Source: Lytechinus pictus
Taxonomy: Eukaryota
DNA: 64,000 bases
Assembly: GCF_037042905.1 (NCBI RefSeq)
Contig: NC_087245.1
Location: 10,604,001-10,668,000 of the forward strand
Reading direction: 5' to 3'
Shown piece after piece: positions 12,866 through 26,797 of the stretch. The notes below the pieces were generated by a model. That model did not search any database. It was not told where the DNA came from and saw nothing but the letters and a program-made list of their open reading frames with translations. How positions within the stretch are numbered: the stretch's first letter is position 1; each line of letters opens with the position of its first letter. A program made the translations under genes and the position numbers.

Positions 12866-13169
12866 CTGATGATCAAGAATGTCCATACTGTAATATGGTA
12901 CTGGTATTCTACTCCGATTAATCATACCTAATTGTTAGGTTGTATTCCCATTAGATTTTTATGATAGGGAGGATAACAGAATGATATTTGCAAATTTTTG
13001 GCATTCAATACTTGCTGGTTACCACAGTGATAAAAAGATTACTGTTATAATATGTTGGTTTAATGTTGGAACTAATTCTTCGTGAATCACAGAGTAGAAA
13101 AGATTACATTCTTTCTTTTATAACAATCAACTTTTCTGAACATGGACTGAATAACAAGTGTAGTATTAC

Positions 13170-13273
13170 CTGATGTTAAACTTGAACTCTCTCTGTGTTG
13201 ATGTGATGAATCTGTTGAGAGAGTCACTAGGCTGATATGTTCCAATCAACAGAACATCTTGGATATCTGGAAG
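13170..13273 (-). CDS. GMPPA: GMPPA coding exon 3 (LPDIQDVLLIGTYQPSDSLNRFITSTQREFKFNI/R)
   Basis: TTTGTAG acceptor, AG|GTAATA donor; 104 nt; in frame. Confidence 0.93.
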
Positions 13274-13850
13274 CTACAAAAAAGAGGAAAAAATCGAAAG
13301 ATATCACAGAACTGTTTATTCAACTTAAAAAAAAATGTATCCACCTCTATACATATTGTAGATTTATCAACAATCGTAGCTTTGCATAAATTAAAAGTAG
13401 GGCATTAAAAATGTTGATTGGATGAGCAAAATTGACATGATGAAAATAACTGATTCCTTTTAACTACGGTACAGTAGGATCCATATCAGAAAGGGAATTT
13501 CCTGAGCAATTCAAACTTGGAATGAAATAATGCTTATGAACAAAAAGGAAAATGTATGGATGCTCAAAATAAATTATTTGGTGGGTCTCAAGAAGTCAAT
13601 TATTTACTAACTTACATGCATGGCTGGGTATTCAACATTTTGTGATCAAATGCAACTACCCAAATAAACACAATCTTTATTTTTTTTCATTTTCGATTTC
13701 CATATACACTTATTGACAGAGGCATGTATTTCATACTTGCACATGATTGTAAAATTTGTTGGAAATCACTTTATTCACAAAACTGGTCTAGACCACGTAT
13801 TGACAAAATATTGCTAAATGTCTTTAGAACAGACACAAAAAATATTTTAC

Positions 13851-13948
13851 CTTGCTGCATGCTTCTATGTGATGATAGATGATGGGGAATCCAGCAACTG
13901 GAAACAAAGGTTTTGGAAGCTCTAGGGACAGAGGTCGAAAGCGAGTAC
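13851..13948 (-). CDS. GMPPA: GMPPA coding exon 2 ([32 protein letters not shown])
   Basis: TTTCAG acceptor, AAG|GTAAAA donor; 98 nt; NTP-transferase N-terminal motif. Confidence 0.95.
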
Positions 13949-14106
13949 CTGAAATTGAAGGTGATTTCATGAAAAGAATCTTTTCTACGTACAACTACAA
14001 ACCTACATGTACAAAATCAAAGTGTGATATTACATAATTCAGGCCATTATTAAAGGTCAATAAAGCTCACTCATTAGCTTTATGTAAAAATCTATTACAT
14101 AAGTGA

Positions 14107-14152
<46 letters not shown>

Positions 14153-17100
14153 GAATTTTTGCTTGCTTGCTCACTCACTAGCAAATTTGTGATAAATTTT
14201 GCCCAATACGCCGTACTATCTAGCCCCCTCAAATTTTTTAGCTCGTTACGCCACCTGACTACCCTTAGTGCTAATACTTTACCATGAGAAAGGGAAATTA
14301 TAAGATATTGAAATGACAAAAAATGGCGGGAAATGGAAAGAAGGGGCATACAGAAGCGAGAAAGGAAGGGAGAAGGGAATGGGCCAAAAGCTATTGGAAA
14401 ATAAACTTATAACAGACAATGAAAAAGACGGATTCAATAACAAAACCGGGTTTCCGAAGATTGAAAATAAAGAACGAGAAGAAAGATAAATTGCGTTATA
14501 GAAATGTGTTTATTATTATAAGCTTGCTAAATTTTATGCAATAATTAACAGTCGCAACCAGGACAAAAGGTCCTTATACGACCAAGGGCCCGGGAAGGGG
14601 GGCTACTCAGATAATAACATAATTGGCCCTACCTATATGTGCCACACCAAATTCGAAAATAGGCCTTGATGGTCTGGAACTAAATCTTGGTCTCTTGGAT
14701 CAACGATTGCTATTTAAACTAAAAATGCCCTGGAACTGACACATTAAAAAAATGAGGGTCTCTGGAACTCACATCGTATATGGTAGCGGCAATGGGACAA
14801 GAAACCAGGTACATTGTATTGAGGGTCTCAATCTAGAACTATTTAATCTACTACTTGATTAAATTTTCATCTAAAAATTATTATTTTCTGGCTCGCTTCG
14901 CTCTCTGGCAACTTTTTACAATTTTTTTCAAATCTATATCACCCATGATTTGATTAGAAAATCTGCCATCTGTAAGGATTAAATTGGATTAATTAATATC
15001 CAGAGGTCCCAGGGCTACCAGTATACATGTAGCGCGGGGGTAACAAGGGTTTGGCCCATGGTGCCGAAATGTTCTAGGAGGAAAGGAAAAAATGTAAGAT
15101 CATTGTCAAAATCTCAAAGTTAGATTTTCATGAGAAGTCTTTTTCTCGCTCGCTTTGCTCACTCGGGACTTACATTACGTAACTTTTATCTTCCACACGC
15201 GGCATGTGCTGTGCCCCCTCTTATAAACCCCAGTTACGGCCCTGTACAGACTCACTCACACAAGCATTCGAGGTTAGCTATACTAACCTCGCACAACGCA
15301 TGTGATTTGACAATGAATTTTTACGTTTTCATTCATCACACGAATGTGAGGGAATAAAACATGCCAAAATCTTCTACATCTATTCACTTCATGAATTTCA
15401 ATCTTATCAACTAACTTAATTTGAAAAATATGGTCGAAATTATTTATAAAAATGATTTTTTAACGTTTACCTCCAAACTCAGCCGTCCGAAGATCCCTAA
15501 TACTATGGTGGAAATTACGCAAACAACAATTGAAATGCGAATTTTCCTATCGAACACTCTCGATTCAAGTCGTCGGCGCTGATGGCGCTACATCATAAAA
15601 TACCGCTGAACAGCGAAAAAAACAGACAAAGAAAAAAAATGCTGAGCACCTAGAACGCAACCAGCAGTACAGCTGATCCGACGTAAACAAGCAAGTTTAT
15701 TAAATAATATTGCCCGCCCTCTCTATGCGTATTCCGGATCAGGCAATTTAATCCATGCCTTCTTCGACTTCAAGAAAAATCATCGATATAAATTACCATA
15801 AAGACAAAGAAGAAATGAAATTGACTTCATATCGTCACTCATTCAATGAACAAGGTTATGAATATATAACCTTGTTCTCAGTTATATCTCCATGTGCAGC
15901 AAAATAAGGGTGGCAATGTTTGGCTTATTTTCTCTTTTTCTTTGGGACAAATGCTTGATTTTTTTATACTGACAGTTTCCATTACACCGATTTGTCATAC
16001 AACTTGGCTCTTAAGTAAATTTGATTCTTTAAATTATTTTTTTCTTAATTAAAATTAGAGATCAAAAATGAAAATTTTCTTGCCATATTACTTTCCACCA
16101 CAAAAATATGCCAAAAAATCAAGTTTTTGAGTGCTCTGGTGAATACAAAAATTATTCCCAAGTTACTAATGAATAAGAAATTGTAACTGTATGGAAATTT
16201 GTAATTTTGGTCACAAAAGTGACATTTTAATGATTTTTTAAAGTGTGTGCTCTGTACAACATTGGCATACCATAGTCCTACCTGTAGATTCCCCACAGGC
16301 AGGATGGTTGCAGTGAACAAGTGCATATCGTTTGGTAGACCAAAAGCTTCAGTCTCTGTATTTTGGTTGTTCCGCTGAACTGCGTTGGCTCACTCACCAA
16401 TACATAGACTGAAGAGCTTGGAGGCCCGTACGTACAGACAACGTATAAGCAGTAACGTTAGATCTAACATTCTGCAGAAACCCGATTTTCGGATCGTTTT
16501 TTGTACATAAAATGACACATTATAAAAAAGGAATTACATCCAAATTGACGAAAAAATATATAAAATTCAGAAATATTATACCTTAGTCCGCAGTTACTGC
16601 TAATTCCTTTCAAATGATGATCAAAACATAGTCATCTTCGATCCTATCGTTGGTCAACGTAAGTTGTCATCTTGGATGACGTCATCATCATTACAGATGT
16701 ATTTACCAGTCGCTATATATTTTGCGATTTGTGCCGCTGCTTTGCGCTTGTAGATGTGCGTTCAGAACTTGTCGCTCGCATTTATTCGGCAGGATATCGA
16801 AAATTCTAATAGAAAAGCCTTGATAAAAGCACAACTCGTCGAACGTAGAGGGCAGCAACACACGGCTGCCATTTTTTCCTATCCTGCAGAAAAATTCAAA
16901 AATAAGGAATAAATCATTGGTAACGTATATTTTCTTGCAATATGTATAGTAGCAAAAGAAAGATTAGAGTCTAACAAAAATAGTGGGCATTCGTTCAAGA
17001 TATGTCATTTAGAATAAAAAATAAAATAAAAATCTAGACAAAACCCGGTCGCCCGAATTGGAAGAAATGAATACACATGGAGGCTCGCACTAACACACTA

Positions 17101-19956
17101 CCGTCGGTGAATGGGGATGATAGTAAAATGTCAGAAATTGTTAAATAAAACCCCAGAAACGATGGTTATTCCTGTCTAATCGTTTGGGAGGTTGGGAGGT
17201 TTCATATCAAAAGCTTATCTGATTTAAAATCTCTCTTCTATTATTACTAATTTAAAAAAAATTCCCCTGAAAATGTTCCATGTGCCATGCCAGTGGTTTT
17301 CCTGTGCACTAAATGCACCCATAGGTTGCACAGACACGTCTACATTGATTTCGATATAAATAATATAAGTAACTAAGCATCATTATATTTATAAAACAAA
17401 AAGGACGCCTTGAATAAATTAAAGGCCAATAAAAGGCAATAAGCCTAGACTAGAGACTCACGTCATGTGACGACTCGCCCTGGATTTGCATGTACACGAT
17501 CCTATCGTGACAACAGCTGTCACAAGAGGGGATGAAAACACCAAATTTTGAAAGAAAAGAACCAGTGAGTCATGGCTCATGCCCATTGACATTGTCATGA
17601 TTGTAAAATTTGTATTTTGTACATTAATTCATCACTGTTCATTAATCACTCTAAGCACCAATGCTATTAATTACTGTGTTTAAAAAGTGAGTGCACGCGA
17701 ATTAAATGTTGGACTTAAATTACTAGATCTTACCATGGAGCTCCATGACGAAATCTATTCTTAAATTAGACTCTAGATATTACTAAATTGAAAAAAATGT
17801 ATAAATAGTACTCGCCTGGTCTTTTCTTGGGGTATTGAAGCCTCTTTGTCCAGAACTTGCTCAACTTTTGCGGCAAATTTTGTCGCCATAGGGTTGTGCA
17901 CATTCTCGTTTAATACTGGTTGTCACGTGACACGGCAATGTCGTTAGGCTGTTTGGCCTGTATTCAAGGCGTTCTATCCGTTATGATTTTATATTGAATG
18001 AAGCAAATTCCATCAGGTATAGGCCCCTATCAAGTCAATATCGATACAGGGATCGAGAGGGGGGGGGGGGGTGGAGCCAAAAATTTCCCAGTCACATGGT
18101 ATAAAAATGATATTTTTTATGATTGTCCACGATCATTAGGGCAAACCCGTGTGTGGCAGTACGGTAGCGTGATGAGTAAAAAAAAATAAAATAAAAGAAA
18201 GAAAGAGGGCCAATGTAGGCATACATGGCGCGTGGGAATAAAGTTGCTTTATATGTTCCAAGCGAGTGAAGCAAGCGAGAAATTTTTTTTTCGTGCAAAT
18301 CTAAATTTGAGATAGATATCTTAACTTACACTTTTCCTTTTCTTTTCATTAATTCCCTTCATTTCTTTTTTATCTTGGTTGTAGAACTTTCGGGGGCCCC
18401 TAGGCCTAACCCTTCCATCGTGTACCCCCAGTGCAATATCAGCAGGTGGGTCTCGATAACTCTGGATATTTAGCAATTAGACCTATTTATAGAAAAACAT
18501 AACGTTAATGTTTTGACCCCTTCCCCCCAAAAAAAGGAAAAACAATTATCAACTAAGTTATATACATCCCCCTTTTCTCATTTCGCTTTTTATTTTCTCT
18601 ATTCCCTCCTTATATTTTTTTGGGGGGAGGGACCTTTTCGGGGGGCACCGCCCCTAGCTACGCGCCTACCAGATGAAGAGGCGAGCGAGCAAAACCTTTG
18701 TCACTTTTATTACAAATATCAATTTTGCAATAGATTTTGACATAACATTCGGAATTATTCTCGCATGCATTTTTCTTTCCTTTTGCTTTTTTATGGCCTT
18801 TTATTTCTCTTCCCTTTCTCTTTCTGTTTTTCTTTCTTTCTTTCTTTTCCTTCCTTCATTCCTTTTCTCTTATCCCGTTTTTTTTTGTGTGAAATCCACT
18901 GGACCAGGGATCAAGGGCCAGCCTGCATGCCCCCGGCGGTTTACGCCTCTGCCGTGGATGTAAGCTATATATACGCATGATCTTAATCTTCATTATGATT
19001 CAAACTATATAGAGGCGCATCCAAGATTTTCCAAATTAAGTAGGGGGGGGGGGCGGGGTGAATTTTCTCAAGTAAAATTTGACAACTCCCAAAAAAGGTT
19101 CTTACTAAAAAAAAAAAAACGGTCATTATATTGTCTCGTGTAAAGTTTGACAAGTTAAAAAAAAATGGTCACTCAAAGTGAAAGTCATTTTGTCCGCGTA
19201 ATATTCGGCAAGCCCCCCCCCCACAAAAATAAGAAAAGGGAAAGTCATTTTGTCCACGTGATATTTGGCAACCCCCCCCCCCCAAAAAAAAAAAAAAAAA
19301 AAAAAAAGGTTTTAACTATAGGCCTAGCAATGATCGAAGGTCATTTTGTCTCGCGTAAAATTTGACAATTTTTTTATAAAGTTGTCACTAAAAAGAAGGT
19401 AATTTTTTCCACCATTGATTATATTTGGCAAGCCCCCAACCCCCACCCCCATAAAAAAGTTTGTCCCTATAAGTGATGTATAGAAAGTCATATTGTTAAT
19501 TTGTTCCCAGTAAAATTTTGAATTTGGCAATAAAAAAAAAAGGCCAAAATGAGAAAAGAATATGAACGAAATATCCCCATTACAAATAATGCTGTACGTG
19601 ATTCTCATGAGGGGGGGGGGCACATAACTAGTATTAACAACATATTTAATTCCAAAATGTTTACTATAAATCTCAAAAGGGGGAACGGGCAGAAATGCTC
19701 ACCCCTCCCCCCCTCCCCCCCCCCCCCGCCACTGATTCCAATCAATACTGACTTTTCTCTGCAATACTAATGCTTTGAAATCAAGATACTGAAGATTGAT
19801 ACGCTTAACATAAATTATGAACGTCTGACAAAAAGATAACCAACCGATCACCTGACCAGTACGCGTATCACTTCGGAGTTGATCACTCGTCGCAGGTGGA
19901 ACGCTCACCGAAAATCAACAAAAAGGGCCTGAAATGTAAGTTTAACAATAATCCAG

Positions 19957-20267
19957 GGGCCGATTGCACGAAAGGGTCTTTCCAAGGACCGTCTTTCGTG
20001 TCAACCATCTTTTATGATACGCCATGTGAAACGCATTTCAAATAAATTATCTGCAAATATATTTTATTTGTCCGTTAAAATAAACAAAATATTTGTTTAT
20101 AAAATGATGTGATATCTCATGAAATCGTATAAAATTTGATTTAAAAGCAAGCTTACGAATTTTATTTGTTTATCATAAATTTCAGAAACACCCCGCTTAT
20201 AGCGCATCATAAAAGATGGGCGACACGAAAGACGGTCCTTGGAAAGACCCTTTCGTGCAATCGGCCC
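19957..20267. mobile_element. PIF/Harbinger-type MITE (~310 bp)
   Basis: Perfect ~46-bp TIR GGGCCGATTGCACGAAAGGGTCTTTCCAAGGACCGTCTTTCGTGTC; flanks CAG/CAC. Confidence 0.8.
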
Positions 20268-20757
20268 CACTTTAATTTCAACTAGGCTAGGGCCTAGGCT
20301 AGTATATTTAGAACTTTCTCAATTAAATGCGACCAAATAAAAGTTATATCTTAACACTGCAACTTGTATTAATGCGTACATTTACCAAAGTCTTTGGTTG
20401 GAAATCAGAACAGCATTGTCCAACCCATAATTTGGGTAATGTCGCCTATGAGGTCCATACATGTTAATGTTTGGACCTCATTGGACAATTGGTACTACTA
20501 CTAGGAGTGTTCATTAATAATAATTAATATTAAAAAAAGACGTTAGACCTAAATTTGGGCCGTAATTTAGAGGACTTGGGTCTCATTTAAACCCACACCC
20601 GTTTGGACTATGAATAGGCGTGTTGCCTAGAACTTAGAAGAGTGTCTAACGTTGGGCCTAAATTACAACCGTATGCCTACACTACAACAAGAAAAACATG
20701 TGGGACTGAACAAAAAGTAGACCTTCTGGCTTCATTGAAACAGTCTAGTATGATTAC

Positions 20758-20797
20758 CTTTTTGCGGCCCTCCAATTAATATCACAGCCTTCAGCAT
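20758..20797 (-). CDS. GMPPA: GMPPA coding exon 1 (MLKAVILIGGPQK/G)
   Basis: ATG at 20797-20795; 40 nt; donor G|GTAATC; carries the GMPPA-type GGPQKG signature. Confidence 0.95.
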
Positions 20798-21224
20798 CTC
20801 GAATACGTTTCCTTTCAACAGATCAAAATAAAATTTCTTCTCATCTAACTAATATAGTTAACTTTAGTCTCTTAACATAAAGATATCTGTTGACGTGGAT
20901 TGTCAACAATTTGAAGTGAGAGACTTGAATAGACTTGTAAAAATATCAGGACTGGCACTAAGGTGTCGTCAAACAGACAATTTGGTGATCAAATCGGTTC
21001 ACAAATTCATATTGTAAGGTCTGCCTATCAGTTCCTCTGTGCATGGCATAGGCGTCAGCACAAAGAATTATCCCCGGGGACTATCCTTTATTCAGCTCAA
21101 GGGGGGGGGGGGGAATGGGGACATCTGCGCTGATGCTCATCTTATTTTCACCATTGCATTGACCACTCCTCCCCCCCAAAAAACCATCAAAATTCCAAAA
21201 AGAAGAACAATAACATTATATCAA

Positions 21225-21845
21225 TGGTCGAGTCCATCCCACAAAAAAGGTTGATTTGAATAAATAGAGAAAATCAAATTAGCATAACGCTAAAAATTTC
21301 ATCAAAATCGGATATAAATTAAGAGAGTTATAAGTTATAACATTATAAAGTTTCGCTTATTTTTCACAAAACAGTGATATGCACAACTCAGTGACATGCA
21401 AATGAGACAGTTGTTGATGGCCCTCACTCACTATTTCTTTTGTTGTTTATTGTTTGAATTATGCAATATTTCTTTTTTTATACAGATTTGACAATAAAGA
21501 CCAACTTGACTGAACCATATGGTATTAAACAATACTATTTCCACATGTTCAGGGAAGAATTAATCGTTGTTTCACTTGATAATGAGGAAAATACTAGTAT
21601 TAGAATATTTCATATTTTATACAATAAAATACAAAAGAAATAGTGAGTGGATGACGTCATCGGCCTCTTCATTTGTATACCGACCAGGATTGTTTTGTGG
21701 ATTAAGCAAAATTTTAAAATATAAATTTCTTATTTTACATCCGATTTTGACGAAATTTTCAGTGTTATGCTTGTTGGAATTTCTTTTTTATTCCATGGAC
21801 CTATAGGTCCATGTTTATTCCAATCAACTTTTTGTTGGGTTAAAC
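21225..21845. mobile_element. Kolobok-type MITE, family A degenerate copy
   Basis: GGTCGAGTCCATCCC start and the same internal blocks; right end degraded. Confidence 0.75.
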
Positions 21846-22188
21846 CTAGATCTAAACGATCAAAATAGAGAAAGTGTCAATAGTAATTCCTTTTCGTGAG
21901 AAAGTACTTTTAATAGGAAATGATCTCTATCTAATTGCATCTGGAATAGCATATCCACATGTCATTGTAAAGTATGCTAACAATTATCTGATGTAATGGG
22001 GTAGCTCATTGATCTGGTTTATATGTCATGCCCGCCCCATGGTTATTGCTTTATTATATTTGCTTTGTTTTTGTTGGAAATGATGGATATAAGTTTTTGC
22101 ACGGCGCACCGTAGTGCATGGTGAAACAGCCATATCTGAAAATAAAGAAAAATGGGTGGAAACAGTGCAGCAGCACCGTTCTTGTTAA

Positions 22189-22791
22189 AGGTCAAGTCCA
22201 CCCTAGAATAAAGTTGATTTAATAAAATAGAGAAAAATAAAACATGAATAACGCTGAAAACTTCACCAAAATCGGATGTAAAATAAGAAAGTTATGACAA
22301 TTTAAAGTTTCGCTTATTTTCCACAAAACAGTTCTATGCTCAACTCAGTGATATGCAAATGAGAGAGTCGATGAGGTCACTCACTCACTATTTCTTTTGT
22401 TTTTTATTGTTTGAATTATACAATATTTCAATTTTTACGAATTTGACAAATAGGATCTCCTTGCTTGAATCACAAAATGTTAAAATAATGGAATTTCACA
22501 TGGTCAGGAAGGAATGAAACTTTGTTTCACATGACAATGACGAGAAAATCAAAATATTTCATATTTCATATAATAAAATACAAAAGAAATAGTGAGTGGG
22601 TGATGTAATCAGTACACTCATTTGCATACTGAACAGGATGTGCATATAACTGTTTTGTGAAATTAAGCGAAACTTTAAAATGTTATAACTTTCTTATTTT
22701 ACATCCGATTTTGATGAAATTTTCAGTGTTATGCTTGTTTGAATTTTCTCTTTCTATTCAAATCAGCATTTTGTCGGGGTGGACTTGTCCT
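22189..22791. mobile_element. Kolobok-type MITE, family A (603 bp, TTAA TSD)
   Basis: TTAA|AGGTCAAGTCCACCCT ... GGGGTGGACTTGTCCT|TTAA; long imperfect palindrome. Confidence 0.85.
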
Positions 22792-24349
22792 TTAAGAATG
22801 GGATAAAAGACGGGCTTCTATATATACACTATATATTCACGCGACTGCATGCTTGTCAAGTTCAATGACTTTGTAAATGAAAAGTGCAGCAAAACGATGA
22901 AAAGCAATTAATAAAATAAAGTCGAAAATGTTGATTTGATTTCTATTTTGTATTTACATTTTATTAATATGATTTACGTACTTATTTATTTATTTGTTAT
23001 TCATTGATTAATTTATGTAACAAAGTTTGATTAATTGATTATTGATTAATGATCTATTAATTGATTTATTTATTCATCTATTTTTCATTTTTATTTTTAC
23101 CTATTTTATTCATTTAATTATTCATTTTTATTAATTATTTAATTAATTAATTTTTTTACTTATTTATTTATCATTATCATCATCATTATCATTATTATTA
23201 TTTGTTATCATTATTATTTTTACTATTATTTTTTTGGGGGGCTATAAACATCCACACACAGTGGTGGACTCACTGGGGGGGGGGGGGGTGGTTAGGGGTT
23301 TGAACCTCCCGTGGTCCTGCCACGTAAAAATGTAATGACCTACATTTTGGAGCCAACCCAAAATTACCTTCATTATTATTATAGTGACCCCGTTTTTTGC
23401 TTGCCAAAAAAAAATCTCGGTACCAAAATGACCTCCATTTAGTAGTGAAAGCCATTTTTTGCTTGTCAAATTTCTCGGTCAAATTAACGGACCCCTCCTG
23501 TTAGATTCGCCCCACAAAGGCATACATAAATGATTATGCGTCTTTGGGGGAACCATGATATCAGTCATACGCTATACTACCTCCTACCAAAGTAAACAGA
23601 ACAACCATCTTTTTTTGGCTATAGTAAGTATATTATTTCAGGGAGGGCATACATCATTTCATCCCAAAGTCCCTGGTGATTGCTTGACCCCCTTAGTAAT
23701 AGTGTTGACTTAAAAAATTAATTGCATTTGTTCGGTATCTGTAGTGCTTGTATCCTACCTATAGCCTAGGACGTAATGATGGAGTGGCACCTGAATTCAA
23801 CTACGTTCATGTTGGTAACCCGCCAAGAGCCTCTACTAATTTACGTTACAAAAAAAAGGGCTTGTCACTGAAAGGACCGAAATATTGCAGCTACAATTCA
23901 TTCAATTCTAAGTCAATAACATGGATTATATTGTCATATTAATCTCCGACCAAACTGAATGAAAGAAATCTCTTTGAAATTTATTCTTAGAAAAAATATC
24001 CCAATTAATTCTTTCCTTGTTTTCATACGTCTCGACAATTTTATTTTTATTGCGAGTGCTCACTTGACCTTACCATGTAACGTTCTATTCTAGAGTTGCA
24101 TTATGTTCGAATAATTCAGCATTGCATGTTCGTGTTAATAGTCTAATTTTATAGACATTTTCAAATTATAGAAATCAACCATCAAGAATAAAATAAAAAT
24201 ATGTATGTGTTTCTCATTTCTTGCATGCAGTTTCTCAGTCTGGTCAATAAAAATATCCAATTTATACCATATCTTCCCCCACTTGTTTTATATCCACTGA
24301 TTATTTTGTTTTAACTACTAATTGAAACTTTTCGGGCCTACTAACAACA

Positions 24350-24763
24350 TTATACCGCGTACCGGTACGGTACGTAGACTATTCGCGACAGGCGATCGAT
24401 TGCTAATATGCATTGAATCAACATTCCCAGCGCGGCTGGTGCAAAACTTCTAAACTCTGACTAAGTTCTAACTTTAAACTACTTTGTATTTCTGATATTT
24501 TGACACAGAGAGTTTGTTTGTAATCATTTAACGGACTTCATATATTTTTTTTCTGACTGACCTGAGCAGTGAACGCAATTTTCAAGGCGTAAGATAGGCC
24601 TTCTCGTCTGACGCGGATAGCGGTTGCTACGTGAGCAGAAAGCCTTAACTTTGGCGGTGAGCCTGTGCGAGCTTCAGTGCAATCTTCAGTACCGGATCGT
24701 ACGCGGACAGGGTAGTCTACCGTACCGGTAAACAACGAACGAGTTTCCGACGCTTTCTTCATC
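24350..24763. promoter_or_regulatory. Putative bidirectional promoter / CpG-rich region shared by GMPPA (-) and the CCDC200-like gene (+), including a probable non-coding first exon of GMPPA
   Basis: CpG-rich patch in an AT-rich background. Minus-strand donor CAG|GTCAGT with the exon ending at 24562; candidate acceptor TTTTATTTTGATCTGTTGAAAG| just upstream of the GMPPA ATG (exon start 20811); plus-strand ATG at 24764. Confidence 0.55.
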
Positions 24764-24841
24764 ATGTCTTCACTTCATTGGGAGGCTGTTCGAAGACAAC
24801 GTGTCTTTGATAAAAAGCAAGAGGCATTAAGAAGAACAGAG
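24764..24841 (+). CDS. CCDC200-like small coiled-coil protein, exon 1 (MSSLHWEAVRRQRVFDKKQEALRRTE)
   Basis: ATCATGT start context; 78 nt; GAG|GTGAGT donor. HWEAxRRQ resembles the N-terminus of human CCDC200 (HWEARRRQ, recalled). Confidence 0.8.
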
Positions 24842-24950
24842 GTGAGTGAAATGACTCGAGACAACTGACAAATCAACTCTAGTCGAGAGTCTAGTAAATC
24901 TAATGTCTAAATCTCTAATGACAAGTCAGAAGTCCTTCATTTCCGTATGT

Positions 24951-25190
24951 ACCCAGTGGTTGTGTGTCCGGACGGGTTGGGTGTCCGGACACATGACTTT
25001 TACTCTCAATTTTGAAAAGTTTACAAGCAATGTCTTTAATTCTTTTTAGCACAGAATATAAGAAAATATTGTAAAGAACAAATATTGATGGTGAAAAAAA
25101 ACTATTCAACCTATATTTTTGGTTTATTCCTGAGATAAGAACAAGGCTTCATTTCTGTTACGTGTCCGGACACCCAACCCCCCATCCTAC
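24951..25190. repeat. ~240-bp interspersed repeat with GTGTCCGGACAC palindromes, copy 1
   Basis: CCCAGTGGTTGTGTGTCCGGAC...GTGTCCGGACACCCAACCCCCCATCC; reverse-oriented relative at 62904-63140. Confidence 0.65.
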
Positions 25191-26199
25191 TATGTGATGT
25201 GACGACTACATAAATTCTTGTCATTGTTACTGTTACTAAAGCTAAGTAACAGTAACAATGACAAGAATTTGTAGAAAAAGTCTACTATGCAGTCTCCAGT
25301 GACTGAGACTGAGTGAGTCCAAACTTTGCGTGTGTCCATAGTTAGGGCATAGGCCCTAACAATATTTGTTAATCCACTTTTCTTTTCAACGGAAAGAAAA
25401 ATTGTTCCTCTAACAGATTTTTAAGTTGCAGAAAATCTAAATTGATGGAATGATGCTGAATGAAGGAAATATCCCCGAAAAGAGGAAGGGTACTTTTCAG
25501 CCAAGTATTTGGTCACATGACATTTGCTTTATTTTTGTTCAATAAAACTTTTTATATCGTAAAATTATTTAATAATTTATTATGTGTAAAAAGGCAAAGA
25601 CTACTAAAATAAACTGAAAAAAAAAGGTAAGAGGAAAAAGTTGCGTTTAAAAGAAATTTTACATTGAAAAGAATGTCCCCAGATAAGGAGCAAAATATCT
25701 GTGTCAATAATTAACATAAGTACATGCACACAAAATACTTGGACGACCGAATACTGGGCGAGTGTCACCACATGGCAAGGATAATGTGTGACACCTTGTA
25801 TTTCTTTAGTGAAGACACCTTTGCATTTCAGCTGCAGTAAAGTGAACATGTAAGAAGTAAGACACACATATTAAATTCATTCTACCAGCAGCCACAATTG
25901 ACATTTCCATGTGCCTTAATCATGGCTATAAATAATAATTGTGATATCTTGTTGAGCGCACACACCATCCAGAGACGCTCATGGCGCTAGCCCAGCAACA
26001 TATATTTCTTTGCACAAATGCTAAGAAAATCAAGAAGTAAATACATGTAACTGTGATGACACTGACCACTTAAGTCAATTTGACCAATTTCAAAAGTGAA
26101 CATTTATCAAGGTGGTGATACATGTTTAGATCTCTGAAATATCAAAGTTTGGTGGCTTTTAGATTATATCTGCATTTGCAACAGCCATCATATATTTAA

Positions 26200-26797
26200 A
26201 GTTCAAGTCCATCCCAGGAAAATGTTGATTTGAATAGAGAAAAATCAAACTAGCAGAATGCAGAAAATTTCATCAAAATCAGATGTAGAATAAGAAAGTT
26301 ATGGCATTTTAAAGTTTCCCTTTTTTTCACAAAACAGTGATATGCACAACTCGGTGACATGCAGATGAGTCGGTCGATGATGTCCATCACTCACTATTTC
26401 TTTTGTTTTTTATTGTTTGAATTATACAATATTTCATTTTTTACAGATTTGAAAATAAGGACCAACTTGACAGAACCATATATTATTAAATAATGCTGAT
26501 TCCACATGTTCAGGGAGGAATTAATCGTTGTTTCACTTGACAATGAGGGGAAAATTAGAATATTTCATATTTCATATAATAAAGTACAAAAGAAATAGTG
26601 AGTGGGTGACGTCATCAGCCTCCTCATTTGCATACTGACCAGGATGTGCATATAACTATTCTGTGAAATTAAGCGAAACTTTAAAATGTCATCACTTTCT
26701 TATTTTACATCCGATTTTGATGAAATTTTTAGTGTTATGTTTGTTGGATTTTTCTCTTTTAATTCAAATCAAATTTTTGTTGGGGTGGACTTTTCCT
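26200..26797. mobile_element. Kolobok-type MITE, family A copy
   Basis: TTAA|AGTTCAAGTCCATCCC ... GGGGTGGACTTTTCCT|TTAG; internal sequence matches 22189-22791. Confidence 0.82.

Larger units (their letters stand above)
1730..20797 (-). other. GMPPA: GMPPA gene span (mannose-1-phosphate guanylyltransferase regulatory subunit alpha): 11 coding exons, 1269-nt CDS, 422 aa, two alternative last exons
   Basis: Exons 20758-20797, 13851-13948, 13170-13273, 12673-12865, 12244-12303, 11564-11694, 10629-10757, 8899-9046, 8363-8455, 7547-7718, then 4531-4631 or 1730-1830. All introns are GT-AG with consistent phases. The protein starts [33 protein letters not shown] and ends KNQILL, matching GMPPA as I recall it. 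Confidence 0.96.

Noticed and set aside
15430..17340. Possible large DNA-transposon remnant in the intron after GMPPA coding exon 1
   Set aside because: CpG-richer and repeat-like, but I could not define matching termini, a TSD or a coding remnant.
20758..20797. Calling the gene catalytic GMPPB
   Set aside because: The GGPQKGTRFRPL signature, the [10 protein letters not shown] insertion and the 422-aa length fit GMPPA.
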